This document shows, piece after piece, positions 1 to 13,100 of a DNA stretch of 34,953 bases. Source of the stretch: Choristocarpus tenellus KU-1152. Its lineage: Eukaryota > Protista > Phaeophyceae. The DNA lies in the NCBI GenBank assembly GCA_964200185.2, contig CAXNAD020000052.1, positions 1 to 34,953 on the forward strand, read 5' to 3'. The notes beneath the pieces are model-generated. The model had not been told where the DNA came from. It ran no database searches and worked only from the letters and a program-made list of their open reading frames with translations. The translations under genes were made by a program, and so were the position numbers. The stretch's first letter is position 1, and every line of letters begins with the position of its first letter.

Positions 1-30
1 ATGAAAATGGTGCTTTGTCTTATTCTTTGT

Positions 31-205
31 GACCCGAAGTATCTGGGGGGGGGGGTCTACACCAGGGTGTCCATTTGGACCAAACCAGGAAAAGTGCACA
101 TACATTTCTCCATCCGACTTATGGAACCAAATCACCCAAAAATCGCGACATGAAAAAATTGGCCCCAAATGGACAGCCGCCACCCCCCCCCCAGATACTT
201 TGAGC
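31..205 (+). mobile_element. MITE (~175 bp) with AAGTATCTGGGGG terminal inverted repeats
   Basis: TIR gaagtatctggggg...cccccagatacttt; an inverted full copy lies at 24149-24333, with partial copies elsewhere. Confidence 0.75.
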
Positions 206-995
206 CTGATGGAGAGGGGAAAAAAGGTATATTGTAGTACCCTCCTCCCCTTGTATGTAGTCTGTAGACAGTATAAAGCAGGGATACTGAATGAAGAAAG
301 TGTGTGCTGTTGTACGCAAAAGCAAACCATATAAACGAGAGTATTGATACGAAAGACTTCGCAAATAACAGGAGAAATGGTACACCACGGACTTCCTATT
401 GTGAAGGTGAAAATTGAACCTCTCAAAACCACCACCCCTCTGGATCCAAATGAAAGTGCTTTCCAATACGACGGAGAGTCTGAGCAGGAGCACCGACATA
501 GTATATTCCCTATCCATCCTACTACATGCTTCTCAAAGTATGTAGGTTACACAAAAAGTGATTTTACTTATTTTGCACCAAACAGTCAGAAATGAAATGT
601 AGTCGGAAATATTGCAACAGCCACAGTCAACGGATGGTACATCACCTGGAGCTATGTGCTACGGACAGAAAGGTTCCTCCTCCATCCCCAGACAAATTCT
701 TGTGCATGCACAACCCAGATAAAGTAATTAGGTAAGTTCATGAGCAGCAATGATCCACAGGCTCCATGCTAGTACACTTAGTTGCAACTCTGTAACATTA
801 TATATTGTACGAAGTGTATCTTCTGAATTGAGCTGGATCGACTATTGGCGCGAACCCCCCCGCTGTGTGACATGCAGATGAAGCCCCCGCCCCAGATTAC
901 CACATCAAGTGTTACATTTAATGTACATAGAAGCAATGCGCGGTGTTAACGCGAAAAATGCAACTATATGGCACCTGCAATGCACACGCACCAAT

Positions 996-1028
996 ATACA
1001 TACTTACATACATACATACATACATACA
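996..1028. repeat. (TACA)n microsatellite
   Basis: Directly visible. Confidence 0.9.
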
Positions 1029-1600
1029 TCATATGGGATAGTAAAGAACCTTGAATGAATAAATGAAAGGGAAGTAAAGAACCTTGAAGAGAAAAACACC
1101 TTAACTAAAAAGATCGTAAGGAGAAGAGAAGAAAGAAATCAAACAAAGGATGCAATAGGAATCAGGGCCAGAGGAAAACAGCATTCAGCAGGCAATGATG
1201 TTGGCAATGTTGGTGACTTGGTCGACCTTAGGTGTTGCTTTGGTGTGACGTACATTAGGCATCACAGCTTCCTTTGAAGGGAATTTGTCCTACGAAGCTT
1301 GTTGTGCCATCACCCATACACTCATACCACTTCTGTTGGTTAGTGGCAATGGTGCTCCTGTAGTCTACTCCAATCTCTACCTTGTCAAGGTCATCTTGGA
1401 GGCATGTTTTCCAGTTCTTCACCTGACGACCTTTTGTTTTCGTTTTCCAACCTTAAGCTCCCCAAACATCAACACTTTCGGAACTAGTTCATCCCCAGTG
1501 CGAACAATTGACACAACAAATAGGAGCCTTCGCTTGCGTACTGTTAGCTTGATACTCTCACACCCAGTCTTCATAAGAGCATATTCATAGGGGAGGATAA
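996..1600 (-). mobile_element. 3' fragment of a decayed RTE-like non-LTR retrotransposon
   Basis: Minus-strand translation KTGCESIKLTVRKRRLLF..GDELVPKVLMFGELKVGKRK/GRQVKNWKTCLQDDL..KW matches the post-RT C-terminal pattern of RTE LINEs (one frameshift). The (TATG)n tract at 996-1028 is a plausible 3' tail. Confidence 0.72.
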
Positions 1601-3286
1601 GATATGCGCGTTCCCGTTCTTGAAACTTACGCGTTAGAGGAAGAATTTATGCAGATAGAACGAACCTTCAGTTAATGAGCGTGGTTGAGCGTCCATTTCA
1701 AAAACCTATAAAACAGGAGTTAAAATACTTCAGCTTTGAGCATACGAATCAAGTAAAACACCTGATTTCCTGTCATTAAGCACTTGGATAAATTTTCGGA
1801 AGCAACCCCAACCTTTCTGAATCCTCCAGCTCATCTCAGCAATAATAATAGTATACGTAAATAACAATGAAATGTATTAATAGTGGTGTGTTCTGACTTT
1901 TATACATCCTCCAAAATGAATGTTCTATATATTGATAATATATATAGAAGAACGTATTACCATAACCCTTTTTCCAAATAATTTAAAAGTTATTTGGAAA
2001 AAGTCTTGAACCTATATTTTGAGCTCTGATCGTTTATTGTGTATGTCATGAAGCAAGGTGCAATCATTGGGTGTGAGGAAATACAACTTGAGAGTATGTG
2101 AGACTCCACAAGTAAGCAAGGCTTCAGAGGTCAACAATCCATGTCGGCAGAAAAAGTGATATGGAATCTCGGATCCGTTCGCTACAAATACCTCACGATC
2201 ATTCTGACTCTCAACGACCAGTATTCCAGAGATGCTTGGTGGTGGAACATCCATGAACATCTCCAATCGATGATACTGCCCTCAGTGTCATCATTCACAA
2301 AGACGTGTGTGCAGCAAAACAATTATCACTACGATCAGCTCCCGACGGAATTTGTTCGTCACATCTCTCCCCCCCCCCCAGTCTGGGCTCTGTCTGTACA
2401 CGAGAACAGAAATGACTGCCCAACAGATCAGCGACAGTTCCGTGGGAGAAAAAAGTAAATATCGAGGTATCCCAAGAATGTTCAAGTGGTCAATCTGAGA
2501 GCATTCCTTGAAAGTTGTCATCTCAGACTATGTGTATGATGAAAAATGTACTATTAAACGACACAAGATCTTTGGACTTCAGAGTCGCTCACTGAAAGAT
2601 GGAGTGACATTCCGCAGATATCGAATTTCTTTGGCTATTGAGTTCTGTGAGAGGGAACGAAAAAAATGCAATTTTCTCATGCGTTGTACAGTTTGTCGTT
2701 GGTGGGAACCTTGTTAAAATGACGTCCAATCTGGTGCCGTGTCGTGCGCGTGCGCGCCCCTATGTCCGCACTTTATGCTGTATCATACCTACCTTACTCA
2801 ATGACGACGATGACACCTGTTTTTACTTGTTTGGTCGTACCTCCACCACATATTGTGCATGAACGTATGTTATTTGTGTTCCATTGCTACTATCGATACT
2901 ATTCTTAATTAATAGCAATGCTGCAACTGCTACCACTACATCTGCTCGCTACAGACACTGATAGCTGCACGAACACATTTTGATTATTTCCTGTACCTCG
3001 TCCTTCTCTCCCCCACCCCTTCTTCTAGAAGTGTTGTGTTTGTCAATGGCATTGCTCCCTATTTTTCATTGTCGATTATACCCACTTCATTATTACTGTG
3101 TAATACTAGTAGTAGTAATTATGCAAAAAACCGGAATAAAATGTAATGAGTAAACACCAGTTACGGTAATGCTACTGCTGTCGACATTGCTGTAGAAAAA
3201 TGGGCAAAAAATTAAAAACTACAAAGAGAAGTACTAGTAGTAGTAGCAGCAGTATTGTGTTGATGCAATGTTGAAGAGATGGAAAA

Positions 3287-3672
3287 TGTCAAACCACTTC
3301 CTGTCGGCTGTGCCAATACAACAGGACAACAAAAACAGTCATTCACCACAAAACAACAACCGTATCAACAACAAACCACACTCCCTCACCTAGGTTGGCT
3401 TACTACTTGCCACCAAATCCCAGATGCACTTATCAAGCTACAACAACAATCTAAGCTATCTCACAGGAAGGAGAAGAAAAATTGTGCGATAATGACGCCA
3501 TTTATGATACAAGAGAGGAGTTGCGGGGGGGATTAACAGCATTTTGTACTGAAGGGGTTGTCCAGATCTCTCAACTTTAAACGAATGATGAGCACGAGAT
3601 GCACGTTGTCAAGCCACTTCCTGTCAGCTGTGCCAATACAATACGATTGCAAAAAACGGCACTCACAACAAC
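3287..3672 (+). repeat. Diverged ~65-bp direct repeat (about 3287-3350 and 3607-3672)
   Basis: tgtcaa.ccacttcctgtc.gctgtgccaatacaa occurs twice. Confidence 0.7.
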
Positions 3673-3789
3673 ATGTCTGGTGAGTGCTTGTTACAAATTC
3701 AGCATCTAGAGAAGCGAGTACAGGAACAAGCTATCCGTGTTTAAAAAACCAAACATTTACAGCCGTGTATACCATTTTCAGGCACTTTA

Positions 3790-3903
3790 TATGCACTTAC
3801 AATATCCATCCGACACATGCAGCCAAATCGCCCAAAAATTACGACATGGAAAAATGGTCCCCAAATGGACAGCCGCCACCCCCCTCAGATATACTTTGAG
3901 CCT
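3790..3903 (+). mobile_element. Partial MITE copy (right half)
   Basis: ccatccgac..ccaaat..cgacatg..ccccaaatggacagccgccaccccc..cagata..ctttgagcc matches about 95-205. Confidence 0.7.
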
Positions 3904-5982
3904 ATGCTCCACAGTATACATCCTAGCGAAGGTATTTAGGTACACATTAATTGTCATACCTAATCCAGAATTTGGAGCACGAAAACAACCCATGATACTC
4001 TGGAAGGCGATCAGATTTCATTTAATGAATTTTGTATCTTACTGGAATCTTTTTCTTTGGTTCATTTGCTTAGGATTTTCCGGAAGTCGAAGGGCACCCT
4101 CTCCGCTCAGTAAGTCAAAGGGCAAGAGTAAGAGAGACTGTTCCCCAATGAACCTCGTGAGTTTGGACCCCATCAACGCCAGACTTCTTTTCACGGAAAT
4201 CTGGTTTCGGTGATCCCACTCCACTTGGTGTTGACTGCACATCGTTGTACCATTAATAGCCCAGAGTTCAGGAAGATAATATCCCAGAAACATAGGAAAC
4301 AAAAGAGATTATTTGGGTCATATGATCAGGTCACAATGCTCTAACTAATGCAGCTGTGAGTGGGCAACAGTTATCCCCTAATCTTGGTTTTGGGTTGCGC
4401 TAGGCAAACACAACAGGTGTCCCAGGAAGAACTATATTGAGGCGTAGTGTTTGAAGGAATTGGATCTGTGATTGCCCTTTAAGGGTGGATTGTTCACCCA
4501 GAATTACGCCTCGCCTACCTGAGAGCGTAAGGTCATGTAATTTTTTTTTTGTAAGCAAAGGAGTTGTTCTCTCCACTTTGAGTAATCTGGACACAGTCTA
4601 ATACTTTTTCGTGGCAAATGAAATCACCTTTTCGCCTTTCTTCATACATTGCTGTTCGGTAGTAACCCCGACGTCCAGAGATCTGGAGTGGTGAGGTTCA
4701 CTTGTCTTCCAGTTCCAAATCTTTGGACGTTTGTGGAGCAGAAGCTATGCATCTGCCTGCGACGATAACTATCTCCCTCGACTGAGTGTTAATGTTAATG
4801 CATGTACATCACCGACTGCTGTATCTCACCTGTACTACTTCGTACTGTATCTCCCTCGACTGAGTGAGCTCAAGACAAAATAGACCCTTATTTCTTTGAA
4901 GAGGCAAACCAACAAAAGAACCGAGGGATCTCAACAATTCCTGTTCAAGACAAAATGGACTCAAATCTATAAATCATATCTTGACCATCCACTTCAGCTA
5001 GTCTTTTTAAAGGAATATTTGAAGAGATTTTAGATAATGTAGCCAAATATATGAATTAATCTCCACACTGAGCCTCTACCAGAATTTGTCTCCATACCAG
5101 AAGGCGGAACTCAAAAATTTGTGGAGCAAGAAATGCTATCTCCCCAGCCTTCGACTGAGAACAATCGTACGCAAACACCTCCAACCTCTTCTCCGACTTT
5201 TCAGGTTGTGAGTACAAGTCATGGGAGGACACAGCACTGACTTCTGATATTTCGACCCTGATGACGCGATTAGCAAACCGGACTTTCAATCCCATACATA
5301 CTCTCGCAACATTCACCAATCATCAAACAACGTGGTGCATCATTTTGTTACTGCCCTCACAGCCACTGTGTCACCACAGGGCTCTAGCAGACACCTTCAG
5401 ACAAGTACCACCGTAGTGAGGCAGGCAGGTCCCACCAAGGGTGAGTAGAATCCCCTTGAGAGCAAGTGACACTGAACAAACCAGGTTTCAGAGAGGCCAG
5501 CGATCATACCGTGACGAAAAGGAATCTGGATTGTCGGACCTGTTCGATGGTTCTCTGTCTACTACCAGTATTATGGAGATTTTTAGAACATATCTTAGCA
5601 ATGGTTACTAAATGATTTGGGCAATGTCAACGATAAAGAAGTATGAGCGTGGATATAATTATGACTGAGATCACTTCTTGACAGGACCCGTCTGTCACAT
5701 ATACAACGCAGTAACAAAATGGTGCATTTTACATCAGTACATATCTTTCTTAAAACTACCTCCAATAGGTAAGTAGTAATACAATATCCGTTTCACACCA
5801 ATAGGAGTGGAGGTTTCACAGAATATGAACAAGGAGATCAAGTTGCAGACAGACCTGCCCAATGAAAAGATCTACCTAGAACATGTTGAGGGACAGAGGA
5901 GGGCATTCTTAGTCCACCCCGAGGTGTGTGCTATCACTGAGAGTGGGTTTGCCATTCAAAGCACAGACAAGGGGTGTTGTCC

Positions 5983-6070
5983 TGACACAAAAGATTTGGG
6001 GGGTTGGAGGTGGTGGCGATTGTCCTTTTGGAGCCCTTTTTTTAAGTCGCAATTTTTTGGGTGACTTGGT
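5983..6070 (-). mobile_element. Degenerate partial MITE copy
   Basis: Resembles 24149-24240 (caaa..gggggg..tgtcc..ttgg..gtcgc.atttttt.ggtg). Confidence 0.5.
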
Positions 6071-7115
6071 ACTATGTGTCAGATAAATAAGGTTCCAATA
6101 TTGGTCTTGTTTTCCACGGTATTATTTTTGTTTTAAATGGCACAGACATGTATGACTGATCTTGTTCATTGTCCACTTAACAGGTACTAGTACTACTATT
6201 AATATGAATTTTACACAATTTGGTACATGCAACAATCTGGTTCAGATGGTATCCAACCAAGTCTCTAAAAAGCATTCTTGCGAGTGACAGATGGTAATAC
6301 TTCTGAAAATGCATGCCGCTGGAATCATGTTTAAGTGTATATATGCTTAAATATGCTGCCCAAGTAATGTATAGTCAATACATTCTACCAAGTCGTGTTT
6401 ACCTGCTACCAAATTAACAAATAAATAGACGTGACGTTAGCAGCATAGGGAACCATCTCAGCAAGAGCCTGTCCATAACAAATATATATGTAGTGAATTC
6501 CACATGACATTTATTCCCGTGTCATTTTTATTGCTGTCACAGCTTCAGTCTTTTCACAATTTTTTCCGATCATTTGTAATGTACCTGCCGAGTTGGTGAA
6601 GGGCCAAACATGGACTTGAACAAATCATTCCAACACTTTGAAGTACAACAGAGTATTTCACGATAAACAGACTGAAAGTGGGTGATCTGTTGTATAGTAT
6701 AAATTCCCTCATGTTGACGGTCTTGGTAGATGACATTATCACACTATTGAGAAAGGGCAGGTAGACCTACATAGAGGCAACTAGCCATCATATGATACTA
6801 CTAACTCCTACCCTTGAGCAGGTCAAGTGGACCAGCAAGACCAAGGAGCTTTAACATGACTTACACAAAATATTTAAAAAAATTGCCAGGCAGAACAAAA
6901 AAAACAACAATATCCCTTCATTTGAGCAGGGAAAAACTACTATACACATATGTAGCCAAATTTTTACAGTCTGTAATAAAATGGGGAGCAATTGCAATTA
7001 TCAAAACCATCACAAAAAGATCAAACCATACACTCCAACAGCATGCAAGTTACTGCACATGTAGGTGCATGTCAAATCTAAACTATCGTCACTCATCGTA
7101 ACAACTTGTCTCACT

Positions 7116-10100
7116 TCAGTAGGCAATGCTCATATCAACATCCAAGATGGAGTTCCCACTTGGCCTAAAGGTAGTGATTGTTCCTCTCGCAGCTCTGTTT
7201 GCAGGTTGTCCATCCGATAAAGTTTTCACAACCTACTCTCCACCATAAAAAAGATCAAAAAATATATATTGTCAGTTTCAATCAACACTATATTTCGGGG
7301 GGTGGGGGGGGGGGGGGGCGGTTCCATNNNNNNNNNNTCGGAGGCGAGGTTTGTTTTTCGTGGGAAGGGGGCCGCGGAGGAAGCAGTTAGGGCGGTTCCA
7401 TTTTTACATGTTCACCTAATCAGATTTTACTACCAATACAAAACTTGAAAAGGAGCAAGCTCAGATGACTGATGTATTGTTTTATACCTTATCTAGACCA
7501 TGTTCCTAATACACACCTGTAAAAAATATAGCATTGCAACTTCTAGGAGGTTTGTGCTTAGCTGTACTAACAAAAAACAATAAAGATAGAAGCTAGAATG
7601 ATCTTCTAAATCAAATAAGAATCAGTTCGAGTACCACGATTGTTTGCAAGCACAACGACTCTCCACCCTTAGGATCGGAGGTAAACGAGTACCTTTGCTC
7701 GAGACTGGAGTATTATACCCATATTAATTTCTGCATGATGTTGAGATTGGCCATAGGGACGAAGACAGCCTCACAGTAAGACTCACTAGAAGGTCATGTT
7801 CATCATTGCCAACGATAGCAAAGAACATTTCATTGCAATGGAAATTTACAAAGTAAAAAACCTTGGTGTACATCGTAAGACTAGGTTAACTGTGCCGACC
7901 TTGAAGTAGGACACTAGTCGCCTCTGCACCAGGTCAAACCGCTCCAAGAGGCCGCTTTTCCTCTCCATACTACCTTCCCCCCTTGCTCGGTCTAGACTAG
8001 ACTTGCAAAGGGCAAACAGACGATCTATGGAGGCATACGGCAGCCAGTCCAACCCACCACCATCCTCCACGACCTGTTGACAGGAGAGTATTTGTATACA
8101 GTATTAAATAAGCTTAAATTTCAAAGAAAACCTCCTCTTCTGTCAACCGTAGAGAAACATCAAACAGTGTGAGATCATACTCATTGTTGCTATCGCTGAA
8201 CACAACCTTTTACTCAATCTGTTCACAGGTCAATTGTGTGTAGTGGCTGTCCCAGACCCCCACCTGATTTGTCACCAATTCAAGATCCACAGCACTTGTG
8301 TCTAATAACCGGGAGAGCAGGGAGCAGGCATCTTCTAAGCGCCCATCTCGTACATACCTTGAAAGGATGCAACACATTCAAGATTAAATACTGTTTTGAT
8401 CCATCAGTGCGCACACCGTGCTATCACTGCAGTGGGTACAGGCGTTGTACTGACCTTACACTCTAAACATGGAAAAAAGGGGACTGGAATAATTGACGTG
8501 ACTTCAAACTCTCTTTACATAAAGAATAAGAAGGACATTTCTTGAACCTACACAAATAGTACTTCTAGTTGTCTACACATTATCAAACCCCCAAAACTTT
8601 CCTTGCTTTACATAAACTCATGGAATAGACAGGGCGTATTACTTTACTTGTTTAGCAGTTCAATTTACAAACATGCATCAGTCATTGATCATCAACTTGA
8701 AATCACCCTTTATCAAAGATGCAACAGCAATAGGATTACAGCACACACCAACAGGTCATTCCAGCAAGAATATTTTTATGTTGATGCCCTTGTTTCTACC
8801 TCTGGATCTCACATGTTAAGAAGGATGGTTGGGTTTGCTACACCACATCCAAATGCCTTCCACGGAGCAGGTAGCCTAGAGGTCTCCGCTGGCTTTTCCT
8901 CCCCTTCTAAACCCCACGAGGTCATTCCTAAACAGCCTTGCTTCTGACCAATAAACGAGTCCTCTAGCCAATCAGGAAGCTGCTCCAGAGGCACAGGCCA
9001 TAGTAGGAAAGACAAAAAGAAGAAAAGATTAATTTGAAGTTACTATTGATCTAAAGGGTTGAAACAATTATTTTTTATGAAAAGACATCAAAGTGTTTAC
9101 AAGCGCAACGGCCCGCCACCCGTGAAAGACGAGGGCTAACGAGTGCTTTTGCTCGAGGTTGAGGACAGATATGTTCTCATTTTTCTGTGCACATCTGATA
9201 TTGGGACTTGCCGTGGGGGGTAGAACCAGCCAGTCTCACAGTATAACGTGCATGTGTATCATCAAAGTGTTTCATTTGTCAGACTAACACCCATCTATGC
9301 TATCAACCAATCAATTCTATGAGAAAGGACACACTTCATGCTGGATCAGAATCAACTGGACACCCTCTGGCTTGGCGGGGTCAGCTCTTTCAAGTCTAAC
9401 CATGGTCGGTCTTGCATGGGGAAAGAAGACTTCCTCATCACTTCCAGCTCAGTATTTTACCAGTCTTAAAACAAGCAAATCCCATACCTATTACAAACTA
9501 AGACCAAATAAAACAAAACCATACTAGGTTAACATAATCCAGATATAATGCAAAAATGTTTAACATTGCATGAAAATGGTCCCAACCCTCTTATGGAGAG
9601 GCACGTTTATATCATCGACATGTTGTGTGGAAATCTACGATATTTTGGGTTGTTGCACGACAACCTTAACAGCAATAGTGCAGCCACCTCATTCGAATAG
9701 AATCATGTTTATACTAATTGTAGCATGTGTACCTTCATAGATGGGGCAAGCTTCATCAACTCTCCAGCAGCAGTGGAATGGTATGAAAAGTTGTTCTGAG
9801 GTCCATCAAAACTTTCAACAATTGGCAACGGCAAAGGGCAGAATGCGAGCAAATAAGGGTTAGGGGTTATCTGCAAAAAGCCAAATAACTATTTCCACAT
9901 AGTTGGGACATTCATAATTTGAAGAAACCTACAGCATACATCTAATCAAACCCAGACAACACTCAAGAATACCTAAACTTAGAAAAACCGAAATATTTAT
10001 ATTAAAAATAATATCTCTTCGGCATGGACAGGTCTCCTTCAAAGGAATATTCCCACTCGAAATAGCATCCTGTTGAAATTACAGTTGTTGACATGAACAT

Positions 10101-13100
10101 TGATAAAACTATATATTTTTCAAGAAAAAAAATTGTCTGTAATGTTGTACCACATAAAACCCAGGTCTGTTTGAGTCACCCATAATGAAATTCTCATTTC
10201 AAAAAAAAAAAACTATGCCCCCTATGAGGCATCTACACATATACGGGCATCCTTGGCACCTGTACAACAGTCTTTGCAATACAAGCCACAAAGATACAGA
10301 GTGCCCATCCAATGCATCAGGACGACCTGGTACACATGGTTTCTCTCCATGTGGACCCCTTACCAAAGGAGGAAGACATGCTCTGTTGTCACAGGCAAGG
10401 TCACCCTGATAAACAATTCAATAATGAGTTCATCACATACCGACAGGGGAGGGGGTAGATGAGTTACTAGTTGACAAAAAAGAATGGGCAAGGTGAATTA
10501 CAGTAAAATTGGGGATATGAAGTGTCAACATATGAAGTTCGACTCTTCTAGGCACAAAAAATAACAGTACTGTGCAGTGCAACTTGTTTAGGACAAAATT
10601 GTTGAAAGAGTGTTAGGGTTAGGGTTGTTCTTCACCTCATGCATTCGATTTATGCCTAGTATAATACAAAATCTTACAAAATCTGCCTTCTAGGATAGGA
10701 TGTACAACTGTAGGAAAGGAATCAACTGCATCCTACTACCATACTAAAAAAATACACGGCAGGTACTTGACACAGTTATGGGCCACAAATTTTACACCTA
10801 TTTCGGGTGAGAGATCGTAGTTGATGTGGTGCAACATAACTATTTGGGGGGTTACAACTGCTCAACTTTCATATTGATACAGACCAAAAACAAAACAAAA
10901 ACAGCACAACTAAGCAGTACTCTTTGGACAAGCAACTACCTAAAAACCAAGGCACCACTTCTTTTTTTCTTTATAACAAGAGGTAAGTTATACATGTACA
11001 CAATATACAGGCGAGACAACAAGCTGATCAAACAATCTACACAACAGGCAACATACCTGAACACAGGCTTGTGCAAGGAGTTGAACAATACGGTCCATTT
11101 TGACCTGGAGAACCAAAGGCTAACATTGAAAAAAAACGTTAAGAGTGTGCACGAGCAGAAACACAATAAAATTGCAGCATGTGGAAAAAGAGTTAAATTT
11201 GACTCATACGGTAAAATATCTATCGACAGGAGTAAGAAGTAGACAAGGTCGAGATATGAAACATCAAAAGCGAGCTAGAGGTAACTAACTCCATACTCCT
11301 CTCTCAAACAGTCTCCTACGCTCACTTAAATAATACAGGCAGAGAAAAAAAACAAAGCCCACATCACAACAACACAACATCAACCTATATCCCTACCTGT
11401 GCACTCCAAGCCTCCAAGGCTAGATCAACTGCCTCCTCAAATCTCCCCTCCCTCGATAAGCTTTCGATGACATCTCCTTCTGACAATCGAAGAGCCTCTA
11501 CTTCACCTATGCTGGGACCCTCACTTCCATCGCCAGCAGGCTGTCCTGACACAGCCCAACGACCCACACCACTAAACTCCCCTCCCCCTCCCCTTGACCT
11601 CCGCCCCACAGCCTTCCTGCCTAGCTTCTCACTGGGATATAATCTTATTGCCCTTTCCCCAGCCTGAGCCTCCACCTCCACCTTTCGCCGTTCTCGAGCT
11701 GTCTCTGCAAGCAATATCCTAGCACGAGCAAATCCAACATCTCTACTTAGAGTCTCCACAGTGTTGAGCCCCACTGGCAGCCCGTCAGGGGAAATACGTC
11801 GACCACCACCACTACCAACACCACAATGACCACCGATCGTCGCATATCCGACGTTTTCACCGTTAGCTGGAGGAAAGAGAGCCACACCTTCTCCTCTCAC
11901 TAGACTCTCTTCCCCTTTACCAAAATCTTGAGCCACGAGTAACGAATTAAGTGCCGCCAGGCGTGCAAGCTGGGCAGGATAAGCTCTGGACAGACCACCT
12001 CCATCCACCACTGAACCTGCAATAGCGCCACTTCTTCCATGATCACTCTCTAGCCTTTCAGATGGAAACATAGGAATGTTCGAATGCCAACAGAAAGCAG
12101 GAAGGTAAGAGGATAGGATGAATGTAAGCCAAACTGGTCTGACGTGACCAGAATTGGGTAAGGAAGAGAAAAACGTTAAAAAAAAATACATATCACTTGT
12201 TGATCCACATTCCTTCTATGCTTCGCATTACTTAACCCTCATGTTGTTCAATTGCCACTTGTTCATGACCAAAAAAAATGTAGGAGCAAAATGAAATTGT
12301 ATCCCAAGTTAGCAACAAATCCTTCCTTCGTCTCTATCCTCATCAGTGTATTCAAGTCAGAAAAATATTTAGGAAGAATAGTCTTGACACCTTGAGGAAT
12401 ATATTACAATTCGGAATTCTTGTCTTCTCACCTCCGAAGAAGACACACTTGCGACCTAGCTGCCTCCACAAAATCATCCCGACTGACGTAGAATGCATGA
12501 AGGCACTGATAGTAGTTCACCTTGATCCCACTGAGCATACAAAAAAACAACAGCAAGGTTGAAGGAACTTGTTTCCCGATATAGCTTATTAAGTTAAATG
12601 CCACAAAAGTCAAATTAGACATCAGATTTTCAGTGGAAGTCATTGGAATGTGAGCAAGAAATTACCCTTACTGGAACAACCACAAAAAATGCAGTGTCAC
12701 ACCGACGAAGTAGGCAAGAGGATCCCATTGAACCTACAAACAATTTGAAATACTGCACAGGTACCGCACAAGCACCAGTACTAGAAGTGTGGGAAAACTC
12801 CTGTACAAAGTTGTGCAAAGCACAACAGGTCACAGAAATTGAAAATGTGTGTGTGGAATGCCTGCATCAAGCATCCAAACACTTCCTGAACATAACAAAA
12901 AATTTGTTCAACTATAAAACAAACACCCTGTTCTCCAAAGAAGAAATTTGTGAATAGCTGCCAGTACACACACCTGCTCTCTCCTCTCCAGGTATTAGCT
13001 TCCGCACGGTGTGCCAACTTCCAAAGAGTTGATTCAACAACCGCACCCCCATCTTCTTGCTCCCCAATCCCAATTGGGCATCTCTCCAGTGGAAGGGCAC

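Noticed and set aside
29-6742. Numerous 60-170 aa ORFs in the track outside the mapped exons
   Set aside because: Most are MITE or LINE read-through, antisense shadows or chance frames, with no recognisable domains.
10613-10626. TTAGGG telomere-like repeats
   Set aside because: Only two units; on the gene strand these read CCCTAAC, which resembles branch-point motifs or chance.
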